Positions 49,532 to 60,309 of a stretch of 64,000 nt of DNA are shown here, piece by piece. Positions within the stretch are counted from its first letter, which is position 1, and the number at the start of each line of letters is the position of its first letter. Under the pieces are notes generated by a model, which was given only the letters and a program-made list of their open reading frames with translations, did no database searches and was not told the DNA's origin. The position numbers and the translations under genes are program-made. The stretch spans positions 6,952 through 70,951 of the forward strand of contig CACAQC010000003.1 in the NCBI GenBank assembly GCA_902534495.1. Direction: 5' to 3'. The DNA comes from an uncultured Candidatus Actinomarina sp. Its GTDB lineage: Bacteria > Actinomycetota > Acidimicrobiia > Actinomarinales > Actinomarinaceae.

Positions 49532-49970
49532 GATTACCTAGAGTTCTTTGATAAAAAAAATAAATCAAATAGTTAATTATAAGTGATGAAATAAAAAAAC
49601 TAACAAAATCTGTTTCTAATAAATTAATAGTATTGTAAATTAGAAATCCAAAAGTGAAAGATAAAAACTCTTGGTAACTAACAGATTGAACTTTTTTTTG
49701 TATATAGTTAGAAACAATTGCAACAATAAGAAATAATATTGAATAAACTCCTAAATAATTCTCACTTAGAAAAATATCGTATGATAGACCAGAAATTACC
49801 AACGGAATAATATTATGATTACTGAAACTCTTAACTGAAATATAGTATATAAGTAGAAAAAAAGGGCTAATAACCATCCAATCTATACCAGTTAAAAAAT
49901 TAATCAGTGTTTCAAAAAATAGTACAACCACAAAATAAATTGATCTCAGAATATTACGAAAAAATGTCAT
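49524..49970 (-). CDS. mreD: Rod shape-determining protein MreD
   Basis: Small polytopic membrane protein (148 aa) between mreC and mrdA. Assignment rests mainly on context. Confidence 0.7.
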   Translation of the reverse strand: MTFFRNILRSIYFVVVLFFETLINFLTGIDWMVISPFFLLIYYISVKSFSNHNIIPLVISGLSYDIFLSENYLGVYSILFLIVAIVSNYIQKKVQSVSYQEFLSFTFGFLIYNTINLLETDFVSFFISSLIINYLIYFFYQRTLGNRV

Positions 49971-50761
49971 TTAAACTTTGGTATAAATAGCTTTGTATTA
50001 AAAGTAAAGTTTTCTAAAATTTCAACAACCGCATTTATTTGATTATTTTGATATTCAAAATTTATTAATCTTGTATCTACAACAGGAAACTTTCCAGAAT
50101 GATTGAATGAAATATCAGTATATAGAAAATCAATATCGTTCTTGAAATTATCCAACAAAATAGAAGATATTATCATCTCAGATCCATTTGAAGTAATTAA
50201 ATATGTATTGTTGTATTTATCCATTACCTCCAAGTTAAAATCGGAGGAATATGGAGACTCTAAAATCGAGTAGGAGTAGAAAACTTCTCTAAGATATCCA
50301 ACTACAAAACCTTTTTCATTAATAACTAAATCGCCAACTTTTAGCTGTTGATTAGTTCCACCATAAATTAGATATTCAAGATTTAAATTTTTTGTAATGA
50401 AACCACTGGCTAAAAGTTCAAAATTTTGAATATTAGGTACTGTTGAAATCAACTCATAAGACTCTATTTGAAGTTGTAACTCTCGATTCTCGATTTCAAG
50501 ACTACGTAAATCTTGAACTTCTTGTTCCAATCTAATGTTCTCGCTTATCAATTGTGCCCTTTGCTCAAATAAGGTATTAAATCTTTGAAGGATGGTAAAG
50601 TCACTGTTTTCTATTTCAATTTCAAAATTTACTGAATTTGGAAAATAACTGGACAATTCTTTATTAGAAAAGTAATCGATGAGAATCAACAAACTACTCA
50701 ATAAAATAAAAAGAATATACAGGACATAACTTCTTTTTGGTAAAGCTTCTGTTTTTAGCAT
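49967..50761 (-). CDS. mreC: Rod shape-determining protein MreC
   Basis: N-terminal TM, a coiled-coil (ENIRLEQEVQDLRSLEIENRELQ) and a beta-rich C-terminal region, directly downstream of mreB. Confidence 0.8.
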   Translation of the reverse strand: MLKTEALPKRSYVLYILFILLSSLLILIDYFSNKELSSYFPNSVNFEIEIENSDFTILQRFNTLFEQRAQLISENIRLEQEVQDLRSLEIENRELQLQIESYELISTVPNIQNFELLASGFITKNLNLEYLIYGGTNQQLKVGDLVINEKGFVVGYLREVFYSYSILESPYSSDFNLEVMDKYNNTYLITSNGSEMIISSILLDNFKNDIDFLYTDISFNHSGKFPVVDTRLINFEYQNNQINAVVEILENFTFNTKLFIPKFK

Positions 50762-50764
50762 GTT

Positions 50765-51808
50765 TTAATTAGGTCTTGGTGATAATTTTAATATAGATTT
50801 AAAATCTTGAAACCTCTCAAGACAAATGCCTGATCCGATAACAACAGAGCTTAAAGGGTCTTCAGATGTATTAATTGGGATACCTAATTCCTCAGCAATC
50901 TTTTTATCTATTTGTTTCAATAAAGATCCGCCGCCGGTAATCCATGCTCCATCTTTGTCAATATCTGATACTAATGCTGGTGGTGTCTGAGAAAGTGAAA
51001 TTCTAATTGCCTCAACTATATTATTAACAACTGGTGCCAGAGCATTTCTAACGTCACTAGCTTCAAGAAGTACCTGTTTGGGGATTCCTTTTACAATATC
51101 TCTACCCGTAACAGTTACTTGGGGCTCTCTTTCGTATTGATAAGCCGACCCAACAGCGTGCTTAATACTCTCAGCTATGCCTGAATCAACCAATATTTGA
51201 TGTTCAGCACGTAGCCAATCAATTAAAACCTCTGTCATATCTTCTCCGCCTACTCTTACCGAGTTTGCATTTACAATATCTCCCATTGAAATAACAGCAA
51301 TTTCGGTAGTACCTCCTCCAATGTCAATAATCATATTTCCATATGGCTCGAAAATATTTAGACCACTTCCAATAGCAGCTGCCATTGGTTCTTCTATGGT
51401 AAAAACTTCTGATGCTCCCGTGGCATGAGCAGCGGTCTCAATGGACCTCTGTTCTACACTTGTAACACCATTAGGTACACAAATTACAATTCTTGGTGAA
51501 GAATATGATCTTCCAATTGCCTTTGTAAGTAAAGTTTTAACAAGTTCTTCTGCCATTTCTATTTCAGAGATTACTCCGTCTCTCAATGGCTTAATTAATT
51601 CAATTGAGTCCGGAACACGTCCAACTAATTTTTTTGCCTCTTTACCAATGGTTAAAATTGATTGGTCGTCTTTATTAACTGCCAATAAGGTAGGTTCATC
51701 AACAACTACACCTACTCCTTTGACGTAAATTAATGTATTTGCAGTTCCTAAGTCAATGGCAATATCATTGCCACCAAATAAAGTTCTTCTTAAATTTAAA
51801 CCCGCCAT
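50765..51808 (-). CDS. mreB: Rod shape-determining actin homolog MreB
   Basis: IAIDLGTANTLIY, IDIGGGTTEIAV, and GGGSLL. Confidence 0.95.
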   Translation of the reverse strand: MAGLNLRRTLFGGNDIAIDLGTANTLIYVKGVGVVVDEPTLLAVNKDDQSILTIGKEAKKLVGRVPDSIELIKPLRDGVISEIEMAEELVKTLLTKAIGRSYSSPRIVICVPNGVTSVEQRSIETAAHATGASEVFTIEEPMAAAIGSGLNIFEPYGNMIIDIGGGTTEIAVISMGDIVNANSVRVGGEDMTEVLIDWLRAEHQILVDSGIAESIKHAVGSAYQYEREPQVTVTGRDIVKGIPKQVLLEASDVRNALAPVVNNIVEAIRISLSQTPPALVSDIDKDGAWITGGGSLLKQIDKKIAEELGIPINTSEDPLSSVVIGSGICLERFQDFKSILKLSPRPN

Positions 51809-51853
51809 GTATATCTAGATTAATCTATTAAGTATGCATTTAAAATAAATTTA

Positions 51854-52252
51854 TTACGAAAAGAATAAATTTAGTTCTCTAGCAGCACTTTCATCAGAAT
51901 CTGACCCGTGAACAACATTTTTATCGAGCTCGGTAGCTAAATCTCCTCTGATTGAACCTGGAGTTGCATCTGAAGGATTGGTAGCACCCATAAGATTTCT
52001 TATCTGTGATACTACATTTTCTCCCTCTACTTGCATAGCTACAACAGGACCACTCGTTATAAAACTTACAAGATCACTAAAAAATGGTTTATCCTTATGT
52101 TCAGCGTAATGTTTCTCAGCTAAGTCTTGAGAAATTGTAATCATTTTAATTTTTGTTATTTGGAAACCTTTTTCTTCAACTCTAGATATTATTTCACCAA
52201 TGAGATTTCGTTTTACACCATCTGGCTTTATCATAAAAAACGTTTTCATCAT
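51854..52252 (-). CDS. ndk: Nucleoside diphosphate kinase
   Basis: [15 protein letters not shown], and NVVHGSDS (catalytic His). Confidence 0.95.
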   Translation of the reverse strand: MMKTFFMIKPDGVKRNLIGEIISRVEEKGFQITKIKMITISQDLAEKHYAEHKDKPFFSDLVSFITSGPVVAMQVEGENVVSQIRNLMGATNPSDATPGSIRGDLATELDKNVVHGSDSDESAARELNLFFS

Positions 52253-53406
52253 ATGTTCCTTTTTTTATACTCTCCAATTAAATATAAACTACCTAACAAT
52301 ATAGAAGGATTTTTATTTCTATTAAATTGCTCTAAAGATGAAATTTTATAATTTTTTCCATGTTTATCTAATAAATACCCAATTTCTTTTGTAATCTCTT
52401 GATCGAAAAAAGTGTCATCTTCTATTAAATGAAGATTATAATTTGTTTTTCCAATGATCAGATTGAAAATGTTATTTATGTCTTTTCCTTTTTTAAATCC
52501 AACAAATAAATCAGTATTTAAATGTCCATATTTGTTTTCATAATTACGCAAAAGTATTTCTACTCCTTCATAATTGTGTGCGCCATCAATTATTTTTATA
52601 GGAGAATCGTTTACAATTTCAAATCTGCCTATGGCCTCTTGGATTTTTATATTTGTTAAATCAGCATATTTTATGTCTTGTAGTAGCGAATCTACAACCA
52701 TTAAAGATAGATAATAATTTAATTCTTTAAATATTAAGTTAGACAATAAAATATTTTTACTATTTAAATATTCACTTAAATAGATGGACTGTGAATAATT
52801 TGTATATTGAGATTTAATAATCTCGATTAATTCTTCATTCAAAACGCTAACAAACAGAGTTTCAATATTATCGGACACATTAATTTTTTGATTTAATATA
52901 TCAGTTATTTTGTTTCCCAATATATCGGTGTGATCTAGTCCAATTGAAGTTAATACGACAGTTTTGCTTTGAATTACAGAAGTTGTGTCATATTTACCTC
53001 CAACACCTGCTTCACAGATAAAATAATCCATATCATTGTGTAAAAATGCTTTGGCTGCAATTAAAAATGTTGATTCAAAATAACCTAAATTGATATTATT
53101 TTTCAACTCAAAGTTTTCCAAGTACTTAATGTATTCATTGAAATTTAAATCTTTATGAGCAGTCATTCTTTCCTTATAGTCAAATAAATGAGGAGAAGTA
53201 AATGCAATGTATGATTTATCTAATCCTTTTAATAACATAGCTATGTTGTTAGCAGTCGAAGATTTACCATTTGTACCAACAATAGAAATTGTCTTGTTAG
53301 AAAGAATTGCTAATTCAGTTTCAGAAAAAAAACTACTTAGGTAATTTAAATTTTTATTACCACGACTATTTACTTTTGCTTCTAGATAGTTTTTTAAATT
53401 AGTCAA
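52249..53406 (-). CDS. folC: Folylpolyglutamate synthase / dihydrofolate synthase
   Basis: The [10 protein letters not shown]-loop of the Mur ligase family and the conserved valS-folC-ndk context. Confidence 0.85.
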   Translation of the reverse strand: MTNLKNYLEAKVNSRGNKNLNYLSSFFSETELAILSNKTISIVGTNGKSSTANNIAMLLKGLDKSYIAFTSPHLFDYKERMTAHKDLNFNEYIKYLENFELKNNINLGYFESTFLIAAKAFLHNDMDYFICEAGVGGKYDTTSVIQSKTVVLTSIGLDHTDILGNKITDILNQKINVSDNIETLFVSVLNEELIEIIKSQYTNYSQSIYLSEYLNSKNILLSNLIFKELNYYLSLMVVDSLLQDIKYADLTNIKIQEAIGRFEIVNDSPIKIIDGAHNYEGVEILLRNYENKYGHLNTDLFVGFKKGKDINNIFNLIIGKTNYNLHLIEDDTFFDQEITKEIGYLLDKHGKNYKISSLEQFNRNKNPSILLGSLYLIGEYKKRNI

Positions 53407-55997
53407 TTATCAAGTGAAGATAGTGTTTTTTGAATAGTTTCTATTTCAGATGAAAGTTTTTCAATATTTGCTTTCTCCTCTTCAATCAAATCTTCTTTAG
53501 CATTTTTTATAAACTTATCGTTCTCTAAACGATTTTGTGATACATCTAGTGATTTTTTTAACTTTTCAATTTTTTGACTTAGTCTTTTCATCTCACTTTG
53601 AATATCTATGTACTTGTTAGCTGATATTTCAAAAACTACTTTACCTGATTGAAACGTTAAGATTTTATCTTTTGATTTTCTTTCAGCATCAACTTCTAAC
53701 ACATTGATCTTTGCAATACTCTCTAGTTGATTGTTATACCATTCCGGGTAATTACTTTGCTTAACCACATCTAGTACAAGATTATTTTTTAAATTATAAT
53801 TTGATTTAAAGTTTCTGATTTGATTAATAATTGACTTTAAATCATCAAATTCACCATTATCAGAAAATTTTATTTCAAAACTAGACGGCCATGAACTATC
53901 AATGATTAATTCCTCATTAAATGTAGACCAGATCTCTTCAGTTAAATGTGGCATTGCAGGGTTTAATATTTTTATTGAGCTAAGAAAAACATTTAATAGG
54001 ACTTTCTGTGTTTCATCTTTATAATTTTCGTTATCAATTAAATTTTTTGAAAATTCGAAATACCAGTCAAATAAATCAGACCAAAGAAAATTGTAAAGCA
54101 ACTTATAAGCATCTGAAATTTTATATTCATTAAAAAGCTTATTAAATTCTTCCAAACAAGTGTTAAATTCATTTAATATCCAACGATTTTCATTTAACTC
54201 AACTTTAGTTAAATTTCTATCTTCAAGACCTTCTGTATAAATATGAATAAATTTTGCTGCATTCCATATCTTGTTTCCAAATTTTTTAGCAGCTTGTGTC
54301 CATTCTTCGTCAAATGGCACATCTTGGCCGGGGTTAGCTTTTTCAATTAACGAAAACCTTAGTGCGTCTGCTCCATGTTTCTCAGATAATTCCAGAGGAT
54401 CAAGTGTGTTACCAAGGCTTTTGGACATTTTTCTTCCTTTTGAATCCCTTACAAGTCCGTGAATTAAAATATCACCAAAAGGGATATCATTCATTGAGTA
54501 GAGGCCCATCATTATCATTCGCGCTACCCAAAAGAAAATAATATCAAAACCAGTAACAAGAAGTGTGGTGGGATAATAAGTAGATAAATCCTCTGTTTCT
54601 TTAGGCCAACCAAGAGTGCTAAAAGGCCACAAGGCTGATGAAAACCAAGTATCAAGAACATCTTCATCTTGTATAAGTTGAATGTTGTTACTTAATTTGT
54701 ATTTATTACGAACGTCATCTTCACTTAAGCCCACATATACATTTTTTTCAGAATCGTACCATGCCGGAATTCTGTGACCCCACCATTGTTGCCTTGAAAC
54801 ACACCAGTCTTGGATATTGTACATCCATTCAAAATATGTTTTTTCCCAATTTTTGGGAATGAATTTAACTTCATCTTCTTCGACAACACGAATCGCATCT
54901 TTTGCAAGTTTTTCTGTTTTTACAAACCACTGATCAGAAAGCATTGGTTCTAAAATAGTTTTTGATCTATCCCCTTTTGGAATTTGTATTTCGTGATCTT
55001 CAACTTTTTCAAGAAGACCTTCTTTTTCCAAAATTTGGATTATTTTTTCTCTTGCTTTAAATCTTTCTAGGCCTCTAAGGTGTTCAGGAACAAAATCATC
55101 ATTTACAATTTTTCCATCAAAATCAAGACATTGTATGGACTGAAGATCGTGCCTTTTGCCAATTTCATAATCGTTAAAATCATGTGCTGGAGTTATTTTT
55201 ACACATCCTGAACCGAAATCTTTATCAACATATTCATCAGCAATTATTTTTACATCTCTGTTCACAACAGGAATTTGAATAGTTTTACCAATTAAATGTT
55301 TATATCTTTCGTCAGTCGGATTAACTGCTACTGCAGTATCCCCTAACAAAGTTTCAGGTCGTGTTGTTGCAATTGACAAAAACTCTTCACCAACTTTGTA
55401 CTTAATTGTCCACAATTTTCCTGATTGCGTCTCTGAGGATACTTCAAGATCTGATACAGCAGACTTTAACTTTGTATCCCAATTAACCATCCTGGTTCCT
55501 TTGTAAATTAAATCATTCTCGTATAGAGAAACAAAAACTTCTAAAACAGCTCTAGATAATCCTTCATCCATGGTGAATCTTTCTCTTGACCAATCACAAC
55601 TCATTCCTAATGATTTCATTTGATTTGTGATATTGTCTCCTGACTTTTCTTTCCATTCCCATACTTTTGATAAAAAATTATCTCTTCCTAAATCATGTTT
55701 TGTAACTCCAGATTCCTCAAGATCTTTTTCTACTAAAAGCTGAGTAATAATTCCTGCATGGTCTGTACCAGGAAGCCAAAGAGTTTGAAAACCGTTCATT
55801 CTTTTAACCCTTGTTATCACATCAATTATTGAATGCTCTAATGCATGACCCATATGAAGTGAACCAGTCACATTCGGAGGAGGTATTACAATTGAAAACT
55901 TTTTATCAGATTCAATAGGTTGAAACTTTTTACCTTGTTCCCACTTTTCTTGCCATTTTGACTCTATAGACAATGGATTATAGGTTTCATTTTGCAT
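53403..55997 (-). CDS. valS: Valine--tRNA ligase
   Basis: PPPNVTGSLHMGHA (HIGH), KMSKSLGN (KMSKS), and a C-terminal coiled-coil. Confidence 0.95.
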   Translation of the reverse strand: MQNETYNPLSIESKWQEKWEQGKKFQPIESDKKFSIVIPPPNVTGSLHMGHALEHSIIDVITRVKRMNGFQTLWLPGTDHAGIITQLLVEKDLEESGVTKHDLGRDNFLSKVWEWKEKSGDNITNQMKSLGMSCDWSRERFTMDEGLSRAVLEVFVSLYENDLIYKGTRMVNWDTKLKSAVSDLEVSSETQSGKLWTIKYKVGEEFLSIATTRPETLLGDTAVAVNPTDERYKHLIGKTIQIPVVNRDVKIIADEYVDKDFGSGCVKITPAHDFNDYEIGKRHDLQSIQCLDFDGKIVNDDFVPEHLRGLERFKAREKIIQILEKEGLLEKVEDHEIQIPKGDRSKTILEPMLSDQWFVKTEKLAKDAIRVVEEDEVKFIPKNWEKTYFEWMYNIQDWCVSRQQWWGHRIPAWYDSEKNVYVGLSEDDVRNKYKLSNNIQLIQDEDVLDTWFSSALWPFSTLGWPKETEDLSTYYPTTLLVTGFDIIFFWVARMIMMGLYSMNDIPFGDILIHGLVRDSKGRKMSKSLGNTLDPLELSEKHGADALRFSLIEKANPGQDVPFDEEWTQAAKKFGNKIWNAAKFIHIYTEGLEDRNLTKVELNENRWILNEFNTCLEEFNKLFNEYKISDAYKLLYNFLWSDLFDWYFEFSKNLIDNENYKDETQKVLLNVFLSSIKILNPAMPHLTEEIWSTFNEELIIDSSWPSSFEIKFSDNGEFDDLKSIINQIRNFKSNYNLKNNLVLDVVKQSNYPEWYNNQLESIAKINVLEVDAERKSKDKILTFQSGKVVFEISANKYIDIQSEMKRLSQKIEKLKKSLDVSQNRLENDKFIKNAKEDLIEEEKANIEKLSSEIETIQKTLSSLDN

Positions 55998-56006
55998 AAG
56001 TATATT

Positions 56007-57263
56007 TTATGCTGTTTTGTCGTCTTTTGACTCCTTTAGAACCATTTTTGGAGCAATATCATCAAGTACATTTTCTTTGTCGATGATTATTTTGGTAATA
56101 TCTTTCCTTGAAGGTGACTCATACATTTGCTCTAGAAGAATTTTTTCTAGGATTGATCTTAAACCTCTTGCGCCAGTTTTTCTTGTTAATGCTAGATCAG
56201 CCATAGCTTCCATTGAATCGTCAGTGAAAACTAAATCAATATCATCTAGTTGAAACATTTTTACAAATTGCTTTGTAATTGCATTTTTTGGTTTAGTCAA
56301 AATTTCAATTAATGCTTCTTTGTCTAATTCATTTACACTCGTTGCTATTGGTAATCTACCTATGAATTCTGGAATCAATCCATACTTTATTAAATCTTTT
56401 GGCTCAACAAATTTGAATAACTCTTCCTTCTTGTAATCTTTAACATCATTAATTGTTGTGTTAAATCCAATAGTATTTTCTCCTAGTCGTTTACTAATAA
56501 TTTGATCAAGACCATCAAAGGCACCACCCACAATAAAAAGAACATTGGTTGTATCAATTTGCAAATATTCTTGTTGGGGGTGCTTTCTTCCTCCTTGCGG
56601 TGGTACTTGTGCGGTAGTACCTTCAAGAATTTTTAGTAAAGCTTGTTGGACACCTTCTCCAGAAACATCTCTAGTTATAGATGGGTTGTCAGATTTTCTT
56701 GTAATCTTATCAATTTCATCAATATAAATTATTCCTTTTTCTGCACGCTGAATGTCATAATCAGCAGCTTGTATCAATGTGAGTAAAATATTTTCAACAT
56801 CTTCACCAACATATCCAGCCTCAGTAAGAGTTGTTGCATCTGCTATTGCAAAGGGTACGTTTAGAGTTTTTGCTAATGTCTGTGCGAGGAGAGTTTTTCC
56901 ACTTCCTGTTGGTCCAAGTAAAAGTACATTAGATTTTTGAATTTCTAAGTCACTATCAACCGAATCACCTTTGTATATTCGTTTATAATGATTGTAAACA
57001 GCTACAGAGAGTGTTTTCTTGGCTTCCTCTTGACCTATGATAAATTCATTTAAAGACTGATTTATTTCTTTTGGTAAAGGCAAATACTCTTCAGGTACAG
57101 AATCAAGCTTTTCTACTTTTTCTTCTTCAATAATTTCAACACAAAGCTCAATACACTCATCGCAGATATAAACGCCAGGTCCAGCGATGAGTTTTATTAC
57201 TTGTTTCTGAGATTTACCACAAAAACTACATTTTAATGCTTGAGATGAGTCTTTATTTGCCAT
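56007..57263 (-). CDS. clpX: ATP-dependent Clp protease ATP-binding subunit ClpX
   Basis: Zinc finger CSFCGK...[12 protein letters not shown], and IIYIDEIDK. Confidence 0.96.
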   Translation of the reverse strand: MANKDSSQALKCSFCGKSQKQVIKLIAGPGVYICDECIELCVEIIEEEKVEKLDSVPEEYLPLPKEINQSLNEFIIGQEEAKKTLSVAVYNHYKRIYKGDSVDSDLEIQKSNVLLLGPTGSGKTLLAQTLAKTLNVPFAIADATTLTEAGYVGEDVENILLTLIQAADYDIQRAEKGIIYIDEIDKITRKSDNPSITRDVSGEGVQQALLKILEGTTAQVPPQGGRKHPQQEYLQIDTTNVLFIVGGAFDGLDQIISKRLGENTIGFNTTINDVKDYKKEELFKFVEPKDLIKYGLIPEFIGRLPIATSVNELDKEALIEILTKPKNAITKQFVKMFQLDDIDLVFTDDSMEAMADLALTRKTGARGLRSILEKILLEQMYESPSRKDITKIIIDKENVLDDIAPKMVLKESKDDKTA

Positions 57264-57287
57264 TTTTAACTACCCTGTTGTTTTTAG

Positions 57288-57902
57288 TTATTTTTCGGCT
57301 AACTCCCTTTGAATTAGCACTTCATCTACTATACCGTATTCTTTTGCTTCTTGCGCGGTCATCCAAAAATCTCTGTCTGTATCTTCAGCTACTTTTTCAA
57401 CATCTTGACCAGTAAAATCAGCTAATAAACCATTTAACTGAGTTCTCATGGATACGATCAAATCAAAGTTTCGTTCCATATCAGCAACTGTACCCTCCAT
57501 TCCACCTGAAGGTTGATGTAACATTATTCTTGCATTTGGAAGGCTGTATCTTTTGCCTTCAGTACCTCCAGCCAAAATAACGGAAGCTGCAGAAGCTGCC
57601 AAGCCCATACAAACTGTTGAAATGTCAGGCTTAATATACTTCATTGTGTCATAAATTGTAAACAATGAGGTAATTGAGCCTCCTGGGGAATTGATATACA
57701 TAAATATATCTTTATCTGGGTCCTCAGATTCTAAATGTAATAACTGAGCCATGATCGAGTTTGCAACACCATCATCAATTGGTGTTCCTAAAAATATAAT
57801 TCTGTCTTTTAAAAGTCTTGAATATATATCAAAAGCTCTTTCACCCCTATTAGTATTTTCAATTACTGTGGGGATAACATAATTTGAAGGTATATCTTTC
57901 AT
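57288..57902 (-). CDS. clpP: ATP-dependent Clp protease proteolytic subunit
   Basis: [14 protein letters not shown] (catalytic Ser region), and IMLHQPSGG. Confidence 0.95.
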   Translation of the reverse strand: MKDIPSNYVIPTVIENTNRGERAFDIYSRLLKDRIIFLGTPIDDGVANSIMAQLLHLESEDPDKDIFMYINSPGGSITSLFTIYDTMKYIKPDISTVCMGLAASAASVILAGGTEGKRYSLPNARIMLHQPSGGMEGTVADMERNFDLIVSMRTQLNGLLADFTGQDVEKVAEDTDRDFWMTAQEAKEYGIVDEVLIQRELAEK

Positions 57903-57903
57903 A

Positions 57904-59217
57904 TTATTCTTCCTCTCCTAAATCCTCTTCTTGATTGTACACATCTTGTAGGTATACTTTTTCACCATTCTTATCAACTGATACACCTTGCTGTAAAATA
58001 TGTAACATCGCCTTATTTCTAAGGGATTCTGCTTGAAGATTTAATTTACGACTAGCTGCATCTACCTCGCTTTCATCAAGATTAGAAACATGTTCATCTA
58101 TTAAGTTAGTTTCTTTTTCATCAAGTTTTAATTCTTGATCTTCGACAACTTTATCTAAAATTACAACCATAGACAGATTTCGAGTTGCTTGATTTTTTAA
58201 ATCTTCTTGTAGTGTTTCCTCTGTCAGGCCAGTAATTTGTAAATAGTCTTCAATCTTTATATTGTTTTGTTGAAGTTCATTCATGAAATTTTGCAAAATA
58301 CTATCCATTTCTGCAATTACTAATTGTTCAGGAAGTTCTAATTTCGATTCTTCAATTAATTTTGAAGTCAACAAACCTTGATATTGATTGGCTATTTGTC
58401 TTTTTTTTACACTCTCAATATTTTTATATAGCTCTTCATTCATCTCTTTTACAGTGTCAAATTCAGTTACTGATGAGACCCAATCATCTGTAAGTTCTGG
58501 CATAATTTTTTCTTTAATTTCTTTAACTAATACAGATATTTCTATATTACTTTTTGCTAAAGCTGGAATATCATCATTGAATTTAATAATAGCTCCGCTA
58601 GATACACCCTCTAGTTTTGAGTCTAAGGATGGAGTAAGTAACGAACTACCCAATTCATAAAGATAATCTTGATAATTAAAATCTTTTAACTCGTTACCAT
58701 TCTCTGTTCCAGAGATATTTAGTAATAAATAATCTGATTCTTTTGCTGGTCTTTCAACTTTTTGAACTTCACCAAATTGTAGTTTTATTCTATCTATTTG
58801 TTCATTTATTTCTTCTTCAGTGGGCTCAATCGATTCGACTTCAACTGTTTGATCTAACTTAGGAAGCTTAGAAAGTTTTGGCCACAGTGTAATAAGAACT
58901 TCAATCTTAAACGATTTTTTTTCTTTCTTTAAGTCTTTTATGACCGGTCTTACAGCAGGGCTGATTTCTTCTTTGTTTAAAATCTCAAAAATTTGTTCAG
59001 GCAAATATATGTCTATAGCTTCTTCTAAGACGTAGTCTTCACCAGCCTCTCTTATTACAATATTTTTTGGAATTTTACCTGGTCTAAACCCTTTTACTTT
59101 CAAAGATTTGCCAATTTTTGAAATTGCCTCATCTTTTTTATCTTCTAAATCATCAAAATCAACAGTAATTTCAATAGACGACTCGAATTCACTGATTTTT
59201 TTTACTTTATATTTCAT
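57904..59217 (-). CDS. tig: Trigger factor
   Basis: [13 protein letters not shown] (the ribosome-binding GFRxGxxP motif), 437 aa, acidic C-terminus. AGGAG lies 5 nt upstream. Confidence 0.93.
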   Translation of the reverse strand: MKYKVKKISEFESSIEITVDFDDLEDKKDEAISKIGKSLKVKGFRPGKIPKNIVIREAGEDYVLEEAIDIYLPEQIFEILNKEEISPAVRPVIKDLKKEKKSFKIEVLITLWPKLSKLPKLDQTVEVESIEPTEEEINEQIDRIKLQFGEVQKVERPAKESDYLLLNISGTENGNELKDFNYQDYLYELGSSLLTPSLDSKLEGVSSGAIIKFNDDIPALAKSNIEISVLVKEIKEKIMPELTDDWVSSVTEFDTVKEMNEELYKNIESVKKRQIANQYQGLLTSKLIEESKLELPEQLVIAEMDSILQNFMNELQQNNIKIEDYLQITGLTEETLQEDLKNQATRNLSMVVILDKVVEDQELKLDEKETNLIDEHVSNLDESEVDAASRKLNLQAESLRNKAMLHILQQGVSVDKNGEKVYLQDVYNQEEDLGEEE

Positions 59218-59236
59218 TTATCTCCTATAAATTAAG

Positions 59237-59311
59237 GGTGACCGACGGGATTCGAACCCGCGACCTCCTGGACCACAACCAGGCGCTCTAACCAACTGAG
59301 CTACGATCACC
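59237..59311 (-). tRNA. tRNA-His(GTG) with genomically encoded G-1
   Basis: Hand-folded: G(-1)/GTGATCG/TA/GCTC-AGTTGGTTA-GAGC/G/CCTGG-TTGTGGT-CCAGG/AGGTC/GCGGG-TTCGAAT-CCCGT/CGGTCAC/C. G-1 pairs with C73. Confidence 0.9.
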
Positions 59312-59315
59312 ACGG

Positions 59316-59389
59316 CGCTCTCGGTAGGACTCGAACCTACAACCTACAGATTAGAAGTCTGTTGCTCTATCCATTTGAGCTACGAGAGC
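59316..59389 (-). tRNA. tRNA-Arg(TCT)
   Basis: Hand-folded: GCTCTCG/TA/GCTC-AAATGGATA-GAGC/A/ACAGA-CTTCTAA-TCTGT/AGGTT/GTAGG-TTCGAGT-CCTAC/CGAGAGC/G. Confidence 0.9.
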
Positions 59390-59397
59390 TCTGCCAG

Positions 59398-59468
59398 AGC
59401 GGGTGAAGGGAATCGAACCCTCATAGCCAGCTTGGAAGGCTGGAGCTTTGCCATTAAGCTACACCCGC
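59398..59468 (-). tRNA. tRNA-Gly(TCC)
   Basis: Hand-folded: GCGGGTG/TA/GCTT-AATGGCA-AAGC/T/CCAGC-CTTCCAA-GCTGG/CTAT/GAGGG-TTCGATT-CCCTT/CACCCGC/T. Confidence 0.9.
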
Positions 59469-59475
59469 AGGTATG

Positions 59476-59550
59476 TCGGGCTGGTGAGATTCGAACTCAC
59501 GACCTCTTGGTCCCAAACCAAGCGCTCTAGCCAAACTGAGCCACAGCCCG
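59476..59550 (-). tRNA. tRNA-Pro(TGG)
   Basis: Hand-folded: CGGGCTG/TG/GCTC-AGTTTGGCTA-GAGC/G/CTTGG-TTTGGGA-CCAAG/AGGTC/GTGAG-TTCGAAT-CTCAC/CAGCCCG/A. G37 is present. Confidence 0.9.
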
Positions 59551-59644
59551 CAACTTAATTATTTTTCTATGTTAACTGATTTTATTAAACAATAAATAGA
59601 AAAAATTTATACTTAACTATCATAATCTAAGTTATTCTTTAAAA

Positions 59645-59718
59645 GGGGTCGCTAGCTCAATTTGGCAGAGCATCGGACTCTTAATCCGCAGGTTCGGGGT
59701 TCAAGTCCCCGGCGACCC
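59645..59718 (+). tRNA. tRNA-Lys(CTT)
   Basis: Hand-folded: GGGTCGC/TA/GCTC-AATTTGGCA-GAGC/A/TCGGA-CTCTTAA-TCCGC/AGGTT/CGGGG-TTCAAGT-CCCCG/GCGACCC/A. Confidence 0.9.
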
Positions 59719-59730
59719 ACGCGACATTTT

Positions 59731-59813
59731 GGCGGATGTGGCGGAACTGGTAGACGCGCTGGATTTAGGATCCAGTGAGCTTTGCTCGTGGAGGTTCGAC
59801 TCCTCTCATCCGC
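59731..59813 (+). tRNA. tRNA-Leu(TAG), class II with a long variable arm
   Basis: GCGGATG acceptor, anticodon stem-loop CTGGA-TTTAGGA-TCCAG, variable arm TGAGCTTTGCTCGT, T-arm GGAGG-TTCGACT-CCTCT, CATCCGC/A. Confidence 0.9.
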
Positions 59814-59823
59814 ACAAGATTAA

Positions 59824-60309
59824 TCAAACTTCGATAATGATCTCTGTTGAAGTCGCAGTGGCAAGTAATTTATTATTTGAATCTTTTAATTCTCCATCCA
59901 CAAAAATTACTTTTCTTCCACTTTTTGTAATATTGCCTGTTGCAACTACTTCACCTGTATCAGCAGTCATAGGACGTAAATAATTGACTTTGAGATCTAA
60001 TGTCAAAGATATAAAACCTTTATCTAAGTTACATTGTGCTGTAACTCCATTACAAGAATCAAGCAGTGTTGCTGCAAATCCACCATGTACACTTCCGACA
60101 GGATTGTAATGATACTCTTGAGGCTTGCAATAAAATGAAACTCTACCATCATCATCGATTTGAATTTTTGTGAATCCCATCAAGGAACCCATTGGAACAT
60201 CATGCATTTCTAAACTCTGAAAAAATTTTCTTCTTTCAATTTTGTCTAATTTTATTACTTTCTGGGCTAACTCTTTTGGAGAATTCCAATAAAATGTTCT
60301 TTCATTCAT
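59824..60309 (-). CDS. PaaI/hotdog-fold acyl-CoA thioesterase
   Basis: The NPVGSVHGGFAATLLDSCNG motif of the PaaI/YdiI thioesterase family. I trimmed the start to the ATG at 60309 (MNERTF...), which overlaps the acs TGA by 8 nt. Confidence 0.75.
   Translation of the reverse strand: MNERTFYWNSPKELAQKVIKLDKIERRKFFQSLEMHDVPMGSLMGFTKIQIDDDGRVSFYCKPQEYHYNPVGSVHGGFAATLLDSCNGVTAQCNLDKGFISLTLDLKVNYLRPMTADTGEVVATGNITKSGRKVIFVDGELKDSNNKLLATATSTEIIIEV

Noticed and set aside
51816-51827. A perfect 12-nt palindrome, TAGATTAATCTA, 7 nt upstream of the mreB start codon; a possible operator.
   Set aside because: It is composed almost entirely of A and T in a very AT-rich genome, so short palindromes like this are expected by chance. 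I saw no second copy elsewhere in the window and have no known cognate regulator. It is worth a motif search only if genome-wide data are available.
59729-59983. An 84-aa plus-strand ORF beginning MADVAELVDALDLGSS.
   Set aside because: Its first ~28 codons are simply tRNA-Leu(TAG) read as protein, and the rest is antisense to the PaaI thioesterase. It is a spurious ORF.
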